64,000 nucleotides of DNA from Octopus vulgaris (lineage: Eukaryota), in the NCBI GenBank assembly GCA_951406725.2, contig OX597817.1, forward strand, positions 103,354,001 to 103,418,000, in the 5' to 3' direction. Numbering within the stretch: the stretch's first letter is position 1; each line of letters opens with the position of its first letter. Below are positions 29,985 through 42,020 of this stretch, piece by piece. Made by a program: the position numbers and the translations under genes. The notes under the pieces are model-generated. The model ran no database searches. It was not told the origin of the DNA and worked only from the letters and a program-made list of their open reading frames with translations.

Positions 29985-31198
29985 ACATATATATATATAC
30001 ACACACACACACGTATATGTATATGTACACCACAGTTGTGAGTATTATACAAGTTGGTGATAATATTTAGTGTAGTTATTTGAATGTTATTTCGATTTTA
30101 TTTTTGTAGCATTGATTATATTTATCTGTACATATTTATATTGAAAAACGCAATGAGCATTTTATAGATGAATGCTCATTATTTTTCAATACAAAACGTA
30201 AATTTTACGGACATCACACAGTAACTGGGTTTGTTGTGCACCAATACGTAGCTTTACATTTTTTATTATCAATGTTCAATAAAGTTACTTCATTGCTCTA
30301 ATATGAGAGACGAACTTGTTTGTTAAATGCTCTTAAATGAGAAAAAAATATTTTTTATGATGCACCTAAAATATTTGTGTATATTTAGTGGTTTGTTTTC
30401 CAGGTAAGAGCATTCTCACAAAAGTACCATAAGTAATCGAAATTGAACTATTGTGAAATCTAACCAGATATATAAAATCAGGAATCTGTTAGCCGCTCTG
30501 AATTGTGAATTTGTTTCTTCTTTCCTGATATTAGAATATGTTGTAGTTGCGATACATATTGTGTGGTGATAAGCGTTGGTAGTTATTTTTTCATACATTA
30601 AACACGTTCGTGATAAGAATGTAGACATGTCATTTGTTTCGTACATATATGTGTCTCAAGATTCAAGATTGTTTGCGGTACAATTCAGAAATTAAGTTAT
30701 TTTTGCTCACCGAGGGGAATTAGCTTAAACGTTTCACAAACTTTTAAAATCTGAAACCACAATTGATGACTTTCATAGATTTGTTATGAAGTAAAGAAAC
30801 CAAATTTTAAAAAGAATCCACTTTTTTTTTTACATGTTAGCAGATTTACATTTGTTTCACTTTTATTTTTTTTTTCAGGAACAAAATCAATAAAATATTG
30901 ATACTTTTGCAATATTTATAGTTGAATAAACTTTTACCCAAACGTTAATCTTCTTTATTAAGTAATACTTTGAACTTTTAATTAGTGTTTTTTTAAACGA
31001 GGGTTTTAGTGTTTCAAAAACGTGCTGCTTATAATACTCAGTATTTCTTTTTACTGTCAAGAGTGTTTGAGATTTTCGTATCAACAACTTATTTTTAGAA
31101 TTAAAATAGATCAATAAGCTTGAGAGCTCCATACTGACTGTAAAAGCTTTATGTAGATTTCTTAGCCCTATTCTGAAGATCTCATTGAATTTCAAAGT

Positions 31199-31907
31199 TT
31201 AAAAATATTCATCTTCCCATTTACTATTTTTACTGGTGTCTGTGAAGGCCAATGTTGGTCTTGGGTTTGTTTGTCGTTTTGCGTAGTAAGGCCCTGTCGT
31301 TACTTGGAACTGATTCCTTAATTCCATATTATCCAGTGGGGTTGCGTATATTTCTTCTGTGGCTCCGTTTGTTGAACCTCGTACAGGTTTTCTTACAACA
31401 GCGTATTCATCGTTGTTCACTAAGTAATGTTCGACACTATCCGAAAATCTATCAGAAAAGACTCTGTGTTTCTCTGACGATTGACGTTTCGGTATATGTA
31501 ATTGAATTGAACCACTAACTTGTGCATCATCATCTTCCTCCAAATCAAGACTGGCTGGTCCTACAGAAGCCCAGCTTTTTCTGGGCGTTTCCATAGCAAC
31601 TGCCGAATACAATCCACTAACAGAACGTGTTGGTGTAGTTGAAGGAGAAAATGTTGTAATACCTCCGTTACGTAGAGTTCCTTTACAACTACTAGTATCC
31701 TTCGCAGGACCATCCGCTGATTTACATTTAAAATCATCAGTGCCTTTATGTCTGGAATTACTGTTAATAGTGTCTGTTTTGTGAATGATTGTATTTAATT
31801 CGTCATCTCCTCGAGGGAAAGAACCCATTGGCGTATCTTCTTTTCTAAGCAGCGCTCTTTCACTTGATTCGATGTGGTACTGACCCGCTTGATAATATTT
31901 GATGTAA
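31199..31907 (-). CDS. Terminal coding exon: about 235-aa cytoplasmic tail of a single-pass membrane protein
   Basis: Acceptor ttttacttgctttcag|TTACATC; complex non-repetitive ORF YIKYYQAGQYHIESSERALL...NSKWEDEYF*; phase 2 matches the upstream exon. Confidence 0.85.
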
Positions 31908-33343
31908 CTGAAAGCAAGTAAAATAAATCTAATTGGAAAAAAAGAAATACAGAAACACAAGCAAAAAAAATTGTAACTGAAATAAAAGATCTAATTTTAT
32001 GTTGATAGATATCGTTGATAGCTATAGTTTTATGTTGATAGAACACGAAATATTTTTCATGCTCAATTATGGCTGATTGAATAGATGCTGTAAATAACAG
32101 AAGTATTTACTTCTTAAAATTCCAGCAGGCTTCTATGAATTAGTTCAGAAACTTTAAATACAGAGACGAGTGAGACTGTGAAATGTTCATTATTAGCGAC
32201 TTAATTTGAATACAGACTGGAATCGTAACTGTGTAACGGATATGACGCACTGTGAGCTCCCTTCAACGCAGCTCATCTACAATGTTCTTACATTGAGATT
32301 AAACACATTGCCGAAGGACATTCATAAGGGTTTGGTTCATGCGAAATGTTTTAAAACCAAGTTAGTGCATACTTACACTTTGAGGAAAATAAGATTAGTT
32401 CAATTACTGATTTAAATTTAATCTGGTCTGAGAACTACTGGTTATAACTCAGTTCTTGTTTCGGTATCATTAAATCTCCTCAGAGAAACATTACGTTCTC
32501 CATACTTGAGAATTTATCTACAATAATCTACACGAATAGTTGTTACACATTACTGTTTTGACTGAGTGAAACTACTCAGAAATGCTATCCATATGAAAAA
32601 ATGGAGTGGGAGAAATTATATTGTTAACATCAGTGTAAATACACTACTTATCCAACTACTACACGAACTCAGATACCGGGGTAGCTGTTTTTATGTTTCT
32701 TTGTTTGGTCGCTTGATTGAGAATCTTGTATGGAATCTCAGAAATGCTGAAGTAAGGAAGTTCATTTATTGAAGCAAGGAAGTTCATTTATATATTCAAT
32801 GTTTACAAAATCAAAATAATTTTCTACTGTCACCCTCCATACATACACCTTCACAATCCTTCATGCATTTTAATAAATCATTTGGATAACATTTACTTAG
32901 TCAAGTGTTATTCACATGTCATACTCTTAACCTGTAAGCGTCAGGTGAAACAGTTAAGCCAAGTATAATATTTATATTTTCAATAAAATCTCGGGTGCTA
33001 TTTTGACAAGATGGCTTTGCACAAAATTAAAATTTTAGGAACAAAATGAATATCTCTATCTTTGAGAAAGGATGTCGCATAGTAGTACAACTATCAGTCA
33101 ACACCAAGGTAGATTACACCCCTCCCCACACACATGTATATATGCATGTTATTATTCAGTTTTATTTCAAACTTTCATGTCAATAGAGAAAGAGCCGGTT
33201 TCTAACCTAGAACCAAGGCTCCTTCATTGGAATTTCAACATCAACAGGGTATTTTTGTATGTATGTATGTATGTATGTATGTATGTATGTATGTATGTAT
33301 GTATGTATGTATGTAGATGGCAAGATAGATAGAAGATAGATAG

Positions 33344-33385
<42 letters not shown>

Positions 33386-33532
33386 TACTATACTACATTA
33401 TACTATAATGACACTTCGCCGGTTGAGACGATGAGCGTTCCAGTTTATCCCATCAACAAAACAGCCTGCTCGTAAAATTAACGTGCAAGTGGAAGACCGC
33501 TCCACAGTCACGCTACTCTTAATTCCCAGTGA

Positions 33533-33680
33533 AGGCGCATTGCTTAGTGGTTAAGGCATTCAGTTCAGGAGCGTAAAGGTCGTGAGTTCGATACGCGTCA
33601 GTGCATTGCGTCCTTGAGCAAGATACTTCATTTCAAGTTGTTCTAGTCCACTCAACTGGTAAAAATTAGTAGGACCAGTA
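33533..33680 (+). mobile_element. Degenerate tRNA-derived SINE head (family C); related pieces at about 33420-33522 and 34460-34645
   Basis: ggcgcattgcttagtggttaaggc..ggtcgtgagttcgatac (A/B boxes) followed by gtccttgagcaagatactt, which recurs at about 34493. Confidence 0.6.
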
Positions 33681-34840
33681 TTTCAGAGGTATACATATAT
33701 ACATATATCAGAGGTATATATATATATCAGGAGACTTGAAGTTTTGTTTGTCATATATCGAGCTTGAGAGTTTTAAATTAACAAAATCTCATGATGCTCA
33801 AGACAACCATTATTTGATTTTTAGTTGATCCTTTTTTGATGGAAAATATAATTATTTGAATATATTTTATATTTGTTTTTTTTTACACTATTAAAGGTAG
33901 TTAAATGCTGATATTTATATTTGATCATTAACACTAGTAATAAAGTTAACAATGTTTTAAATAATAATTTAAATTGCTATTTACTTTGCTCTATGTTATT
34001 CACAATTATTATAACTCTAAATATAGTTTCATTATATAAGTTTTTGCTTCCTTTAGTAATTTCCATAAAAATTCAGCTTATTGAAAAGAGGTCTCATACT
34101 GGATGGGATAGTTAAAAAAAATATGGATAATAAACAACTGTTGGAAATTAGCTTCTGTTCCACTAAAATAATATGTTGTATTTCATGCAAGATAAGGGAA
34201 ATGCTGTTCGTAGAATGCTAGTCATTGAAAGGTGGTGCTGAACTACAAAGCATTTACAAGAAAAACTAAGTCAGTTACACGAAAAATTAAATGCTTTAGA
34301 AACATGCACACATAGTGATTTTTTTACTGTTACATAGAGATATAATAGCAGTACAGAATACTGACCATATCTCTAAAGCAAAATATCCACTCCGTAAATT
34401 TTATGTAAAATATTTCTTAGGGTCCTGAATCGAATACCCTAACCTTCAAGCCATGCACCTTCTTGTGAGTCCGATCCCCTATGGCGTGTTGTATCCTTGA
34501 GCAAGATACTTTATTTATCGTTGCTTGTCACATTCTGTGCCTCGTTGAATCACCTGAGAACTACTCGTTTCTGTGCAGTGCTGGGTACTTACACGTTAAC
34601 TTCACGAACAGGCTGCAACAATCGTCGTCGTAAACGACGGAGAGCCAAGTCATGTCTTAGGGATATATAAAATAATAGCAAGAAGAGAAGTCATCGAATG
34701 TAACTTAATAATATTTGAATCAACTTATTCTAAAAATGAAACACTGTAATTTTCACAGAAAGTAAAATGAAATGAAAACTCTCTGTTTTATGGTTAAGCT
34801 CAATCCAAATCTTAACGTATTTCAAAATGTGATGACTTAC

Positions 34841-34916
34841 CTTCCAATGATAAATGATATTGCAATAAGAATGGCGAGAACTGCTACAGTAAGAAACACA
34901 TAGGATACAACGGCTT
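34841..34916 (-). CDS. Transmembrane-domain exon of the same gene
   Basis: ttttattcttttccatttcag|AAGCC..GGAAG|gtaagt; encodes AVVSYVFLTVAVLAILIAISFIIG; phase 1 to 2, AG+T gives Ser joining YIKYY. Confidence 0.85.
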
Positions 34917-35253
34917 CTGAAATGGAAAAGAATAAAACCGTAAAAGGAAACAGATGATGTGCAATATAGTGTGTTGGTGTTCTAATGCATCATCTGAGGT
35001 GATTTGGTGTGGTGTAGTATATGCATATGTATGGTGCATGTGGCAGTCCTCTGTACTGAGATCAAGAATATTGATAGGCTTCATGCATCATGTGGTGTTG
35101 AGAGGTAGCGTAGGATGACAGGGTATATCGAACACTGAACGCGTGTGTCATTCTGGTGATGTGTTGTAAATTGTACCCTGGGCTAGATAATTGTGCAGAG
35201 TGATGCGGTATTGAGTATACACTTTAGGTTAGTACAATGTATGTACATATCTA

Positions 35254-36469
35254 TCAGGTTGAGAAAAAGTAAGAAACGTTTTGAACCATGAAGAATTTTT
35301 CATTTGCAATTTTCTGGTAATACAGACAAAGATTTGCCCAAATGCATCAATAAATTAACATTGGTATTTTTTTTTATCGTTGTTACAATCATCTGAAATG
35401 GAACAGTCAAAGCGAAATATTCGAGAAATATTCAAAAAGGACGTAAAGCAGGTGAAACGGCTAGCGATATCAACGAAACGTTTGATGAGGAAATGACCAG
35501 TGATTGGTCAACTCGAAAATGATTTAAACGATTTCGCAGTGGAGACCTGATCCTTGAAGATCGTGAGCATAGCGGACGAAATTAAAGACCGTCATTGAGA
35601 AAGATCCACGTAAAACCACTCAAGAACTAGCAAAAGAACTTCAAGTTAGCCAGAAAACTGCCTGCAACTATTTGCATGCCATAAGGAAATAAAAAAAGAC
35701 TCGACAAATGGGTATCACATGATTTGAATGAAAATCAGAAAATGCGCAGATATGAAATTTACTCGTCGCTTCTCCTCCGTAACCAGACCGATCCATTTCT
35801 CGACCATATTGTAAATTGCGATGAAAAGTGGATTCTGTACAGTAATGAGAAACCTTCGCAGTGGTTGGACCAAAATGAAGCGCCGAAAACTTTCTCTAAA
35901 CTCGAGCTCTTCATAAATAAAAAAAATGTTATCGTGGTTGTTTGGTGGTGTACTGCTAGACTTATCCACTATAACTTCTTAAAACCCGGGAAAACCATTA
36001 CTGCAGAAACATATTGCCATGAAATTGCCAAAATGAACGAAAATGTACTACTCCTTCGTCCCAGACTGGTCAACAGAAGAGGGTCAATCATTCGTCATGA
36101 CAATGCTCGACCACACATTTCACTAATGATGCTTCAGAAGTTGAGGAAGCTTGGCTACGCAGTTCTTCCCCACCCAGCTTATTTCCCAGACCTTTCTCCT
36201 ACCGACTACTACCTTTTGAAGCACCTTGATGGTTTCCTGCAAGAGAAGGAGTTCAAAAATGAAACCGATCTTGAAAGTGCGTTCATAGAATTCATCAGCT
36301 CGAGAACTCCAGATTTTCATGTTACCGGTATAAACAAACTTGTAACTGGTTGGCAAAAATGTGTTGATTGTAATGGTACTTACTTTGATGAATAAAATTT
36401 CCGCAATGTTGAAATATATTGTGATGAATTTCATGTTTCAAAACGTTGCTTACTTTTTACTCATCCTGA
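35254..36469 (+). mobile_element. Mariner (DD34D) transposon, intronic, transposase disrupted at the N-terminus
   Basis: TA|tcaggttgagaaaaagtaagaaacgttttgaaccatgaa ... ttcatgtttcaaaacgttgcttactttttactcatcctga|TA; WVSHDL, CDEKW, HDNARPH, YFPDLSPTDY. Confidence 0.95.
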
Positions 36470-36599
36470 TACATAGAGCTAACTTACATAGTACTTAACT
36501 ATATATCTGTCAAGTGTATATATGCGTTAAGTAGGACACAGATGGTTATTTCAGTTTAATTTTACTTCAGTTACCTTTTATGGACACACGCACGCGCAC

Positions 36600-36726
<127 letters not shown>

Positions 36727-36761
36727 GCTACCCACCTACGCTCTCTTCATATATATATGTA

Positions 36762-36822
<61 letters not shown>

Positions 36823-36970
36823 CATATATATATATATCGGATCAGTAAAATTTAGATTCAGTTGAATATGGTACTTAAGTTAAAGGCACCAGAATTTAGT
36901 ATGGTATTATCCATATAATTCAAAATGGGGTGATTATAATCAAAATAAGCAACAAGGATATCCAGAAGTA

Positions 36971-37060
36971 ATGCAGTACTATCGTTTCATGCGACTCCAT
37001 TTAATTGAACAATGTAAATATTAAATCAATTTTAAAATGTATAGCAATTTTCAGCTGCAT
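36971..37060 (-). ncRNA. Hammerhead-like motif with a long loop II
   Basis: ATGCAG-CTGAAAA-TTGC..~55 nt..GCAT-GAAA-CGATAG-TA-CTGCAT; perfect 6-bp stem I, one core substitution. Confidence 0.6.
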
Positions 37061-37369
37061 AAAAATATAGAATTTACTTAAATTCAAAGGATTCATTTGT
37101 ATAGTTATTCTATTAACCAAAATCACAAAGAGGATAAGTAGATAGACAAAGAACATGTTTTATCAGCAACATCATAGTAGTAACTGATATTTTTTCACAG
37201 GAAGACACTGCTTATCATTGATTGTATTCTGTTATTCAGATTTAATAATGGGGAGGGGGGCTAGCTCCAATTCATAGACTAGTTTATCAAATCTAAAGGA
37301 AACTAGAATCTATCTTTTATGGATGGGGTAAAAAGGCCATATTTTGATACACACACACACACACACACT

Positions 37370-37427
<58 letters not shown>

Positions 37428-38045
37428 CACACATAACTGGTATGAAACTAAATGTTTAGCACGTGACTCACGGAAGTGGTGTCAAACTTGAGTCGTGAGA
37501 TAAATATTCAGTTTGAATAAGCGATATATGCATTAGATGTATTGGCCGTCAGTTGGGCTCAATGCGACCCTAAGTATATCAAAAGATCTTAACAAGGTTT
37601 ATTAACAAGGATATATGTCTAAAATTAAAGCTGATGAACTGCAGCTCGTATTAACAGGATGGTGGAAGTTGAGATTCTTAGTTTAAACAACTACTTTTAT
37701 GATATTTTGTTCAGAAAAGTTTAATTCGGAAGCATTGGAAGGTTTTATGCCAATCACTAGAAACCTCCCAAATCCCATTGCCGCATAATATTAATATCTT
37801 AAGTTATTGTCATATGATGACAAAACCAATCGTATAACATCAGAGAGCAAAGTGTTTTGAAATAGTATTTCAGGATAAAAAAGATATCACGGATCCATTT
37901 CTATTCAAAAATAAAATTCATTATAATCTATTGGTAAATCTTCGTTTTTTGAAATATTCTTTTATTATAATAAATGCACATATTTCAGGCGTGTGAATTA
38001 CTTGGAAACAGCGGATTGGAAAATTGACAGAAGTCTTCTACTTAC

Positions 38046-38105
38046 TTAATTTTTTGTTAGTTCCTCTCGGATCTACGGCAGTATTTGAATTTTTGGGACC
38101 GTTAT
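38046..38105 (-). CDS. Juxtamembrane (extracellular stalk) exon
   Basis: gttttctttcttccag|ATAAC..AATTAA|gtaagt; 60 nt, phase 1-1, DNGPKNSNTAVDPRGTNKKLK. Confidence 0.75.
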
Positions 38106-38654
38106 CTGGAAGAAAGAAAACATACACATCAAAATCAGGTGTATAATAAGCTTTTCGTTTATTACTGATAATTAAAATATCTCCTTTTAACTGTAATTGT
38201 GTAATTATTTATCATAAACCATTTGCTTACTGGCGAGAGCCGTGGTATTGGTAATGAACTCCAGCAAATCAAGTCTTGTTCAGACCTTTATCATAACTAT
38301 TTCACTTTATTTCCATGATGAGACACATGAACATTTAATATTTGGAGATATTACCATACCATAACTTCATCAGATGATTATTTGTTAATAAATATGTCCT
38401 GAAACTTGGACTAAGATTTTATTTCCACCCGTCTACCTTTATATTTATCTTTCACATAAAACATCGAGAAAGCCTCCGAAACTTAAATTGTTCACCTAAA
38501 ATTTTGAAAACTAATCGGAAGTGCAATTAAAGCAGACATATATGTCATAACGTATTTTTATGATACCAACGTTGTTTTCTTTACGCTTCGTTAAATTTTA
38601 CGCATGAATAGTTGCACTATTAGAAATCCTTACTTGAGACTTACCCTAAACTTC

Positions 38655-38691
<37 letters not shown>

Positions 38692-38697
<6 letters not shown>

Positions 38698-39775
38698 CCA
38701 TAGCGACTGAAGAAGGGTTTTTTCCTTTGTGTTAATTGTCCTGTACTCCATTTTTTGTTGTTTTTAAAAAAATGTCCAGTTCCTTTGGTTTGTGTCTGTT
38801 TTCGTTTCTCTTTGTGTTCGACGTCCCTTTGGTGTCCTGTACTCATATATGCGTGTATATGTACATGTAGAGGTAGGTACGTACATATATGTTTATATAT
38901 ATGCATATGTTTTTATTTCATTTATTAATATATTATATGACAAAACGCACGCACCCCCTTAAGTAAGATTGTTCTGTATATCAAGTTTTGGTCTTGATAT
39001 TAACTCTGACGCGCACTCTTCACCTTTCTGTCCCATCCCTATTCTTTGATTTTCTTTTTCCTCTACTTAACTTGTCTCTTCCTCTCTCTCTCATTCTTCA
39101 CTCTCTCTCTCCCCCTCACAATTCTTCATGGTTTCCTCGCAACCATTCCCCTTCTTCTCTCCCTTCCTCTTGCTCCTCCTCCCCCCTTCCCGTCGTCCAC
39201 CCGCGACGATACTTCCGCTCTGACTGTCTTTCTGGCCTGGCCTTTCGAGGTAACTGGACGACATTCTTCCTGCTCCCCTGTCGTTCACAAAAAATTCTGC
39301 GTTTGCAATACATTTTTCGTTCGACGTCAACAGCCCTTCTTATCTTGTTTTTCCCTGTCCTGTCTTTTACTGTTTATATTTTTGTACTGTCGTTACTGTC
39401 CTGTTTTTTTAACCATTTTTTTACCATTTTTTACCCCTCTGCGAAAAGATCTCAGAATTTTAATTGATTTTTTTTCGCAGGAAGGAAAGTTTCTTGTCGA
39501 AGATACGTCTCGCTTTTATCCTTCGAAACGTAGAGTAGATGAAACCATAGCGACTGAAGAAGGGGTTTTTTCTTTGTGTTAATTGTCCTGTACTCCATTT
39601 TTTGTTGTTTTTAAAAAAATGTCCAGTTCCTTTGGTTTGTGTCTATGTTTTCGTTTCTCTTTGTGTTCGACGTCCCTTTGGTGTCCTGTACTCATATATG
39701 CGTTTATATGTACATGTAGAGGTAGGTACGTACATATATGTTTATATATATGCATATGTTTTATTTCATTTATTA

Positions 39776-39781
<6 letters not shown>
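38692..39781 (+). mobile_element. Element with ~240-bp terminal direct repeats (38692-38932, 39539-39781), probably a PLE pLTR pair, inserted in (TA)n
   Basis: atgaaaccatagcgactgaagaaggg..ttcatttattaatatat is repeated nearly identically; pyrimidine-rich non-coding interior. Confidence 0.65.
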
Positions 39782-39806
<25 letters not shown>

Positions 39807-39976
39807 CACATATATATATGTATATGTATATGTATGTATGTATATATATATGCATCGGTTATTTTAGTTTTGATCTTCTCTATAAATGAAGATATATCCT
39901 TTGTTTTGCTGCCTTTCTTTACACGAAATCAGAAGATACATTGCGGAACTGCTATTTTAACGAGTTATATATATTT

Positions 39977-40082
39977 ATCGCTCGAAGAGACACATCTGCA
40001 CCGTCGTATGTTCCTGAACCAGTTGTTAAGTAGCCAAACCGTGAGGAATCGAGGATAGATGTGTAGAAACAATTGTTGTGAT
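39977..40082 (+). ncRNA. Hammerhead-like motif with a long loop II
   Basis: ATCGC-TCGAAGA-GACACATCT..~57 nt..AGATGTGTA-GAAA-CAATTG-TT-GTGAT: 8-bp stem II, palindromic stem III, stem I pairs. Confidence 0.55.
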
Positions 40083-40124
40083 CAATAAAAATCCTCGTAT
40101 CTTCCATCTTCTGTCTTTCTTTTA

Positions 40125-40189
<65 letters not shown>

Positions 40190-40194
<5 letters not shown>

Positions 40195-40418
40195 CTTTAC
40201 TGCCCAGAAGGGGCTAAACATAGAGGGGACAAACAAGGACAGACGAAGGGATTGAGTCGATTATATCGCCTCCAGTGCGAAACTGGTACTTTATTTATCG
40301 ATCCCGAAAGAATGAAAGGCAAAGTTGACCTCGGCGGAATTTGAGCTCAGAACGTAACGACAGACGAAATACCGCTAAGCATTTCGCCCGGCACGCTAAC
40401 GTGTCTGCCAGCTCGCCT
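40190..40418 (-). mobile_element. Near full-length Tx1-tailed family B SINE abutting (TA)n
   Basis: atttctttactgcccagaaggggctaaacatagaggggacaaacaagg..cagacgaaataccgctaagcatttcgcccggcacgctaacgtgtctgccagctcgcc. Confidence 0.85.
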
Positions 40419-40424
40419 ATGTAG

Positions 40425-42020
40425 GCTCTGTAGTGACGACCATGACTTTGAGACTCAGTCTCAACGCATGGCTCGCCACTTCATCCTACTTGGATACCCC
40501 CTCACCACTATCCACACCGCCCTTGCCAGAGCACGTTCCGTAGATCGTGCATCTGCTCTCTCCCCCGAACCCGCTCTGTAGTCTCCCGCCTCCCTTTTCC
40601 CCTCACTTACCACCCCACGACCCTACCTCTCCAACGCACCATTCTTCGAGCTTTCCGGCATCTCCAGTCCGACCCGTCCACTTCACACCTCTTCCCTAAC
40701 CGACCCCTCCCCTCCTTCAAACGAGCCCATAACCTACGAGACCTTTTGGTCCACAGCTCCTTCCCTGACCCTACCTCCCAACCTGGCTCGTTCCCCTGCT
40801 CCCGCCCACGTTGCCACACTTGCCCTTACCTCTCCAACACCACCCTCCTCACTGGCACCCATCATCGACCCTATCGCATCATCAACGCCTTCACCTGCAC
40901 CTCTAGCAATATCATCTATTGCATCTCTTGCTCTCTCTGCCATTCCCTGTACATCGGACAAACGGGACGCTGCTTGGCTGACCGGTTCGCGGAACACCTC
41001 CGTGACATCCGCCTTGCCAACGACACACCGGTCTCACGCCATTTCCGCTCCACCGGTCACTCCTTGCAACACCTGTCTGTGTTCGGTTTGTCCTTGCACA
41101 GAGGCCATCCGGATTCCCGTTTGCGCGGTGAACAGGGTTTAATCTTCTCTCTTCACTCTTTTACGCCATTTGGTCTTAACTCTCCCCCCTCCTCATCTAA
41201 CCCCCCCCCCCCCGACTATGCTTCTCTTCGGTCCTTCATCTTTTCACCCCTACTCTCTTTCCCTCCTCTTCCCTTCTTCTTTCCTCCTTCTTCTTCCCTC
41301 TTCCCCGTCTCTCTTTCTCTGTGCTCCCTCATTCCCCTTCTCCCCCCCCCTATCCTCCCCTCCTCCTCTCCCCTCCTTTCCAATTCCCCTCCTCCTCTCC
41401 CCTCCTTTCCCATCCCCTCCTCTTCTCCTCTCCTTCCTTCTCCCCTTCCCCTTTCCCCCTCCTCTCATCTCACCCTCACCCCTCCTTCTTTCCTTCTACT
41501 CCCCTCTCACCCTCCCCCTCATCTCACCCTACTCATTCTCACCTTTCCTCTTCTCCCTCCTCCCTCCTCTTTCATTCTCCCCCCTGTTCCCCTGTTCCCC
41601 CCTGTTCCCCCTCCCCTCCCCTCCCCTCTCTACACTACACCATACGACATTACACATCACATCATACATACATACACACGCTCAGACCTTTCATACGCAC
41701 CACATACTCTCATACACACACACACCCTTATGTTGGGGCGAAGTCATTTGACCCTGTTATCTCCCCTATTTTCGCTCTTGCGTCTCGCGTTTGATCTCTG
41801 ACTTCTGGCCAGAATCAGATCGCCATGTTGAATCGCTAGCTTCTGCACGCATTTTTTTTCTCTCCTTGTTTCTTTTCTGTGTATCTTTCTGTTGAAGAGC
41901 GTAGGCTCGAAACGTAAAAGACTTGTTTTATTTATATTCCTGAGCGCCATACTAATACAGTTGTTTGTTTGTACTCCACCTGCCTTCGTCTTTTGTTTAT
42001 TTTCATAAAGCTTCCCGTTA
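40425..42020 (+). mobile_element. 3' fragment of a second Penelope-like family (GIY-YIG domain, C/T-rich tract, pLTR)
   Basis: PCSRPRCHTC..FTCTSSNIIYCISCSLCHSLYIGQTGRCLADRFAEH..PVSRHF..PFGLN; ends in (TA)n. Confidence 0.9.
41884..41921 (+). ncRNA. Minimal hammerhead-like motif with a CUGUUGA core
   Basis: TCTTT-CTGTTGA-A-GAGCgtagGCTC-GAAA-CG-TA-AAAGA; same motif at 63190-63225. Confidence 0.65.

Noticed and set aside
33533-33605. Functional tRNA gene
   Set aside because: Stems are broken and it continues into a SINE body
41170-41801. Pro/Leu/Ser-rich ORFs
   Set aside because: Low-complexity C/T tract in the PLE 3' region
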